Source: Blepharisma stoltei ATCC 30299 (taxonomy: Eukaryota > Protista > Ciliophora). Taken from it: a stretch of DNA of 64,000 bases. The notes beneath the pieces were generated by a model, which made no database searches, was not told the origin of the DNA, and worked only from the letters and a program-made list of their open reading frames with translations. Location of the stretch: the NCBI GenBank assembly GCA_965603825.1, contig CBFDEM010000035.1, positions 716,131 through 780,130 of the forward strand, read 5' to 3'. Made by a program: the position numbers and the translations under genes. Shown one piece after another: positions 61,597-64,000 of this stretch (its first letter is position 1; the number at the start of each line of letters is the position of its first letter).

Positions 61597-64000
61597 GGTG
61601 TTAGGGTGTTAGGGTGTTAGGGTGTTAGGGTGTTAGGGTGTTAGGGTGTTAGGGTGTTAGGGTGTTAGGGTGTTAGGGTGTTAGGGTGTTAGGGTGTTAG
61701 GGGTGTTAGGGTGTTAGGGTGTTAGGGTGTTAGGGTGTTAGGGTGTTAGGGGTGTTAGGGTGTTAGGGTGTTAGGGTGTTAGGGTGTTAGGGTGTTAGGG
61801 TGTTAGGGTGTTAGGGTGTTAGGGTGTTAGGGTGTTTAGGGTGTTAGGGTGTTAGGGTGTTAGGGTGTTAGGGTGTTAGGGTAGGTGTTAGGGTGTTAGG
61901 GTGTTAGGGTGTTAGGGTGTTAGGGTGTTAGGGTGTTAGGGTGTTAGGTGTTAGGGTGTTAGGGTGTTAGGGTGTTAGGGTGTTAGGGTGTTAGGGTGTT
62001 AGGGTGTTAGGGTGTTAGGGTGTTAGGGTGTTAGGGTGTTAGGGTGTTAGGGTGTTAGGGTGTTAGGGTGTTAGGGTGTTAGGGTGTTAGGGTGTTAGGG
62101 TGTTAGGGTGTTAGGGTGTTAGGGTGTTAGGGTGTTAGGGTGTTAGGGTGTTAGGGTGTTAGGGTGTTAGGGTGTTAGGGTGTTAGGGTGTTAGGGTGTT
62201 AGGGTGTTAGGGTGTTAGGGTGTTAGGGTGTTAGGGTGTTAGGGTGTTAGGGTGTTAGGGTGTTAGGGTGTTAGGGTGTTAGGGTGTTAGGGTGTTAGGG
62301 TGTTAGGGTGTTAGGGTGTTAGGGTGTTAGGGTGTTAGGGTGTTAGGGTGTTAGGGTGTTAGGGTGTTAGGGTGTTAGGGTGTTAGGGTGTTAGGGTGTT
62401 AGGGTGTTAGGGTGTTAGGGTGTTAGGGTGTTAGGGTGTTAGGGTGTTAGGGTGTTAGGGTGTTAGGGTGTTAGGGTGTTAGGGTGTTAGGGTGTTAGGG
62501 TGTTAGGGTGTTAGGGTGTTAGGGTGTTAGGGTGTTAGGGTGTTAGGGTGTTAGGGGTGTTAGGGGTGTTAGGGTGTTAGGGTGTTAGGGTGTTAGGGTG
62601 TTAGGGTGTTAGGGTGTTAGGGTGTTAGGGTGTTAGGGTGTTAGGGTGTTAGGGTGTTAGGTGTTAGGGTGTTAGGGTGTTAGGGTGTTAGGGTGTTAGG
62701 GTGTTAGGGTGTTAGGGTGTTAGGGTGTTAGGGTGTTAGGGTGTTAGGGTGTTAGGGTGTTAGGGTGTTAGGGTGTTAGGGTGTTAGGGTGTTAGGGTGT
62801 TAGGGTGTTAGGGTGTTAGGGTGTTAGGGTGTTAGGGTGTTAGGGTGTTAGGGTGTTAGGGTGTTAGGGTGTTAGGGTGTTTAGGGTGTTAGGGTGTTAG
62901 GGTGTTAGGGTGTTAGGGTGTTAGGGTGTTAGGGTGTTAGGGTGTTAGGGTGTTAGGGTGTTAGGGTGTTAGGGTGTTAGGGTGTTAGGGTGTTAGGGTG
63001 TTAGGGTGTTAGGGTGTTAGGGTGTTAGGGTGTTAGGGTGTTAGGGTGTTAGGGTGTTAGGGTGTTAGGGTGTTAGGGTGTTAGGGTGTTAGGGTGTTAG
63101 GGTGTTAGGGTGTTAGGGTGTTAGGGTGTTAGGGTGTTAGGGTGTTAGGGTGTTAGGGTGTTAGGGTGTTAGGGTGTTAGGGTGTTAGGGTGTTAGGGTG
63201 TTAGGGTGTTAGGGTGTTAGGGTGTTAGGGTGTTAGGGTGTTAGGGTGTTAGGGTGTTAGGGTGTTAGGGTGTTAGGGTGTTAGGGTGTTAGGGTGTTAG
63301 GGTGTTAGGGTGTTAGGGTGTTAGGGTGTTAGGGTGTTAGGGTGTTAGGGTGTTAGGGTGTTAGGGTGTTAGGGGTGTTAGGGTGTTAGGGTGTTAGGGT
63401 GTTAGGGTGTTAGGGTGTTAGGGTGTTAGGGTGTTAGGGTGTTAGGGTGTTAGGGTGTTAGGGTGTTAGGGTGTTAGGGTGTTAGGGTGTTAGGGTGTTA
63501 GGGTGTTAGGGTGTTAGGGTGTTAGGGTGTTAGGGTGTTAGGGTGTTAGGGTGTTAGGGTGTTAGGGTGTTAGGGGGTGTTAGGGTGTTAGGGTGTTAGG
63601 GTGTTAGGGTGTTAGGGTGTTAGGGTGTTAGGGTGTTAGGGTGTTAGGGTGTTAGGGTGTTAGGGTGTTAGGGTGTTAGGGTGTTAGGGTGTTAGGGTGT
63701 TAGGGTGTTAGGGTGTTAGGGTGTTAGGGTGTTAGGGTGTTAGGGTGTTAGGGTGTTAGGGTGTTAGGGTGTTAGGGTGTTAGGGTGTTAGGGTGTTAGG
63801 GTGTTAGGGTGTTAGGGTGTTAGGGTGTGAGTGTTAGGGGTGTTAGGGTGTTAGGGTGTTAGTGGTGTTAGGGTGTTAGGGTGTTAGGGTGTGTGGTTTA
63901 GGGTGTAGGGGGTGTTAGGGTGGGTTAGGGTGTTAGGGGTGTTAGGGTGTTTAGGGTGTTTGGTGTTAGGGTGTTAGGGTGTTAGCGTGTTAGGGTGTTA
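61585..64000 (+). repeat. Telomere (TGTTAGGG)n = (CCCTAACA)n
   Basis: ~2.4 kb of 8-bp repeats running to the window end, G-rich strand pointing outward; this is the known heterotrich (Blepharisma/Stentor) repeat. Confidence 0.98.

Noticed and set aside
61585-64000. CRISPR array or satellite
   Set aside because: Pure 8-bp tandem repeat without spacers, terminal, and matching the heterotrich telomere repeat.

Overview
AT-rich end of a ciliate macronuclear chromosome, almost certainly a Blepharisma-type heterotrich. Three signs point to this: a terminal (TGTTAGGG)n / (CCCTAACA)n telomere, 15-nt GT..AG introns, and UGA read as Trp at conserved Trp positions, which is why the supplied standard-code ORF track splits or misses many genes. 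The window has four zones. (1) 0.1-8.3 kb is dense housekeeping genes: Tvp15-like, aquaporin, NAC-beta, CEP57-like, HMG-box, eIF4E and Rab7. It also holds an HMG-box/SelW(Rdx) fusion with an in-frame UGA in a CxxU motif and a SECIS-like hairpin in its 3' UTR. (2) 8.5-38.2 kb is a rearranged field of decayed genes (TPR, MORN, VPS10, GT91-like, REJ/GPS, FAM161, START) with three intact, near-identical Zn-finger/coiled-coil/Kelch-like genes whose differences cluster in short patches. (3) 38.3-61.6 kb is a ~23 kb cluster in which every recognisable gene belongs to a ubiquitin-like conjugation cycle: 1 UBA1-type E1, 6 E2s (4 intact), 3 tandem-UBL genes (2 intact, each ending in GG plus a tail) and 8 small USP proteases (5 intact or nearly so). 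No E3 is recognisable. This is the best candidate for an undescribed system, a private, ISG15-like modifier pathway. (4) 61.6-64 kb is telomere, added inside the last USP gene. All family calls come from manual motif recognition; no searches were run.
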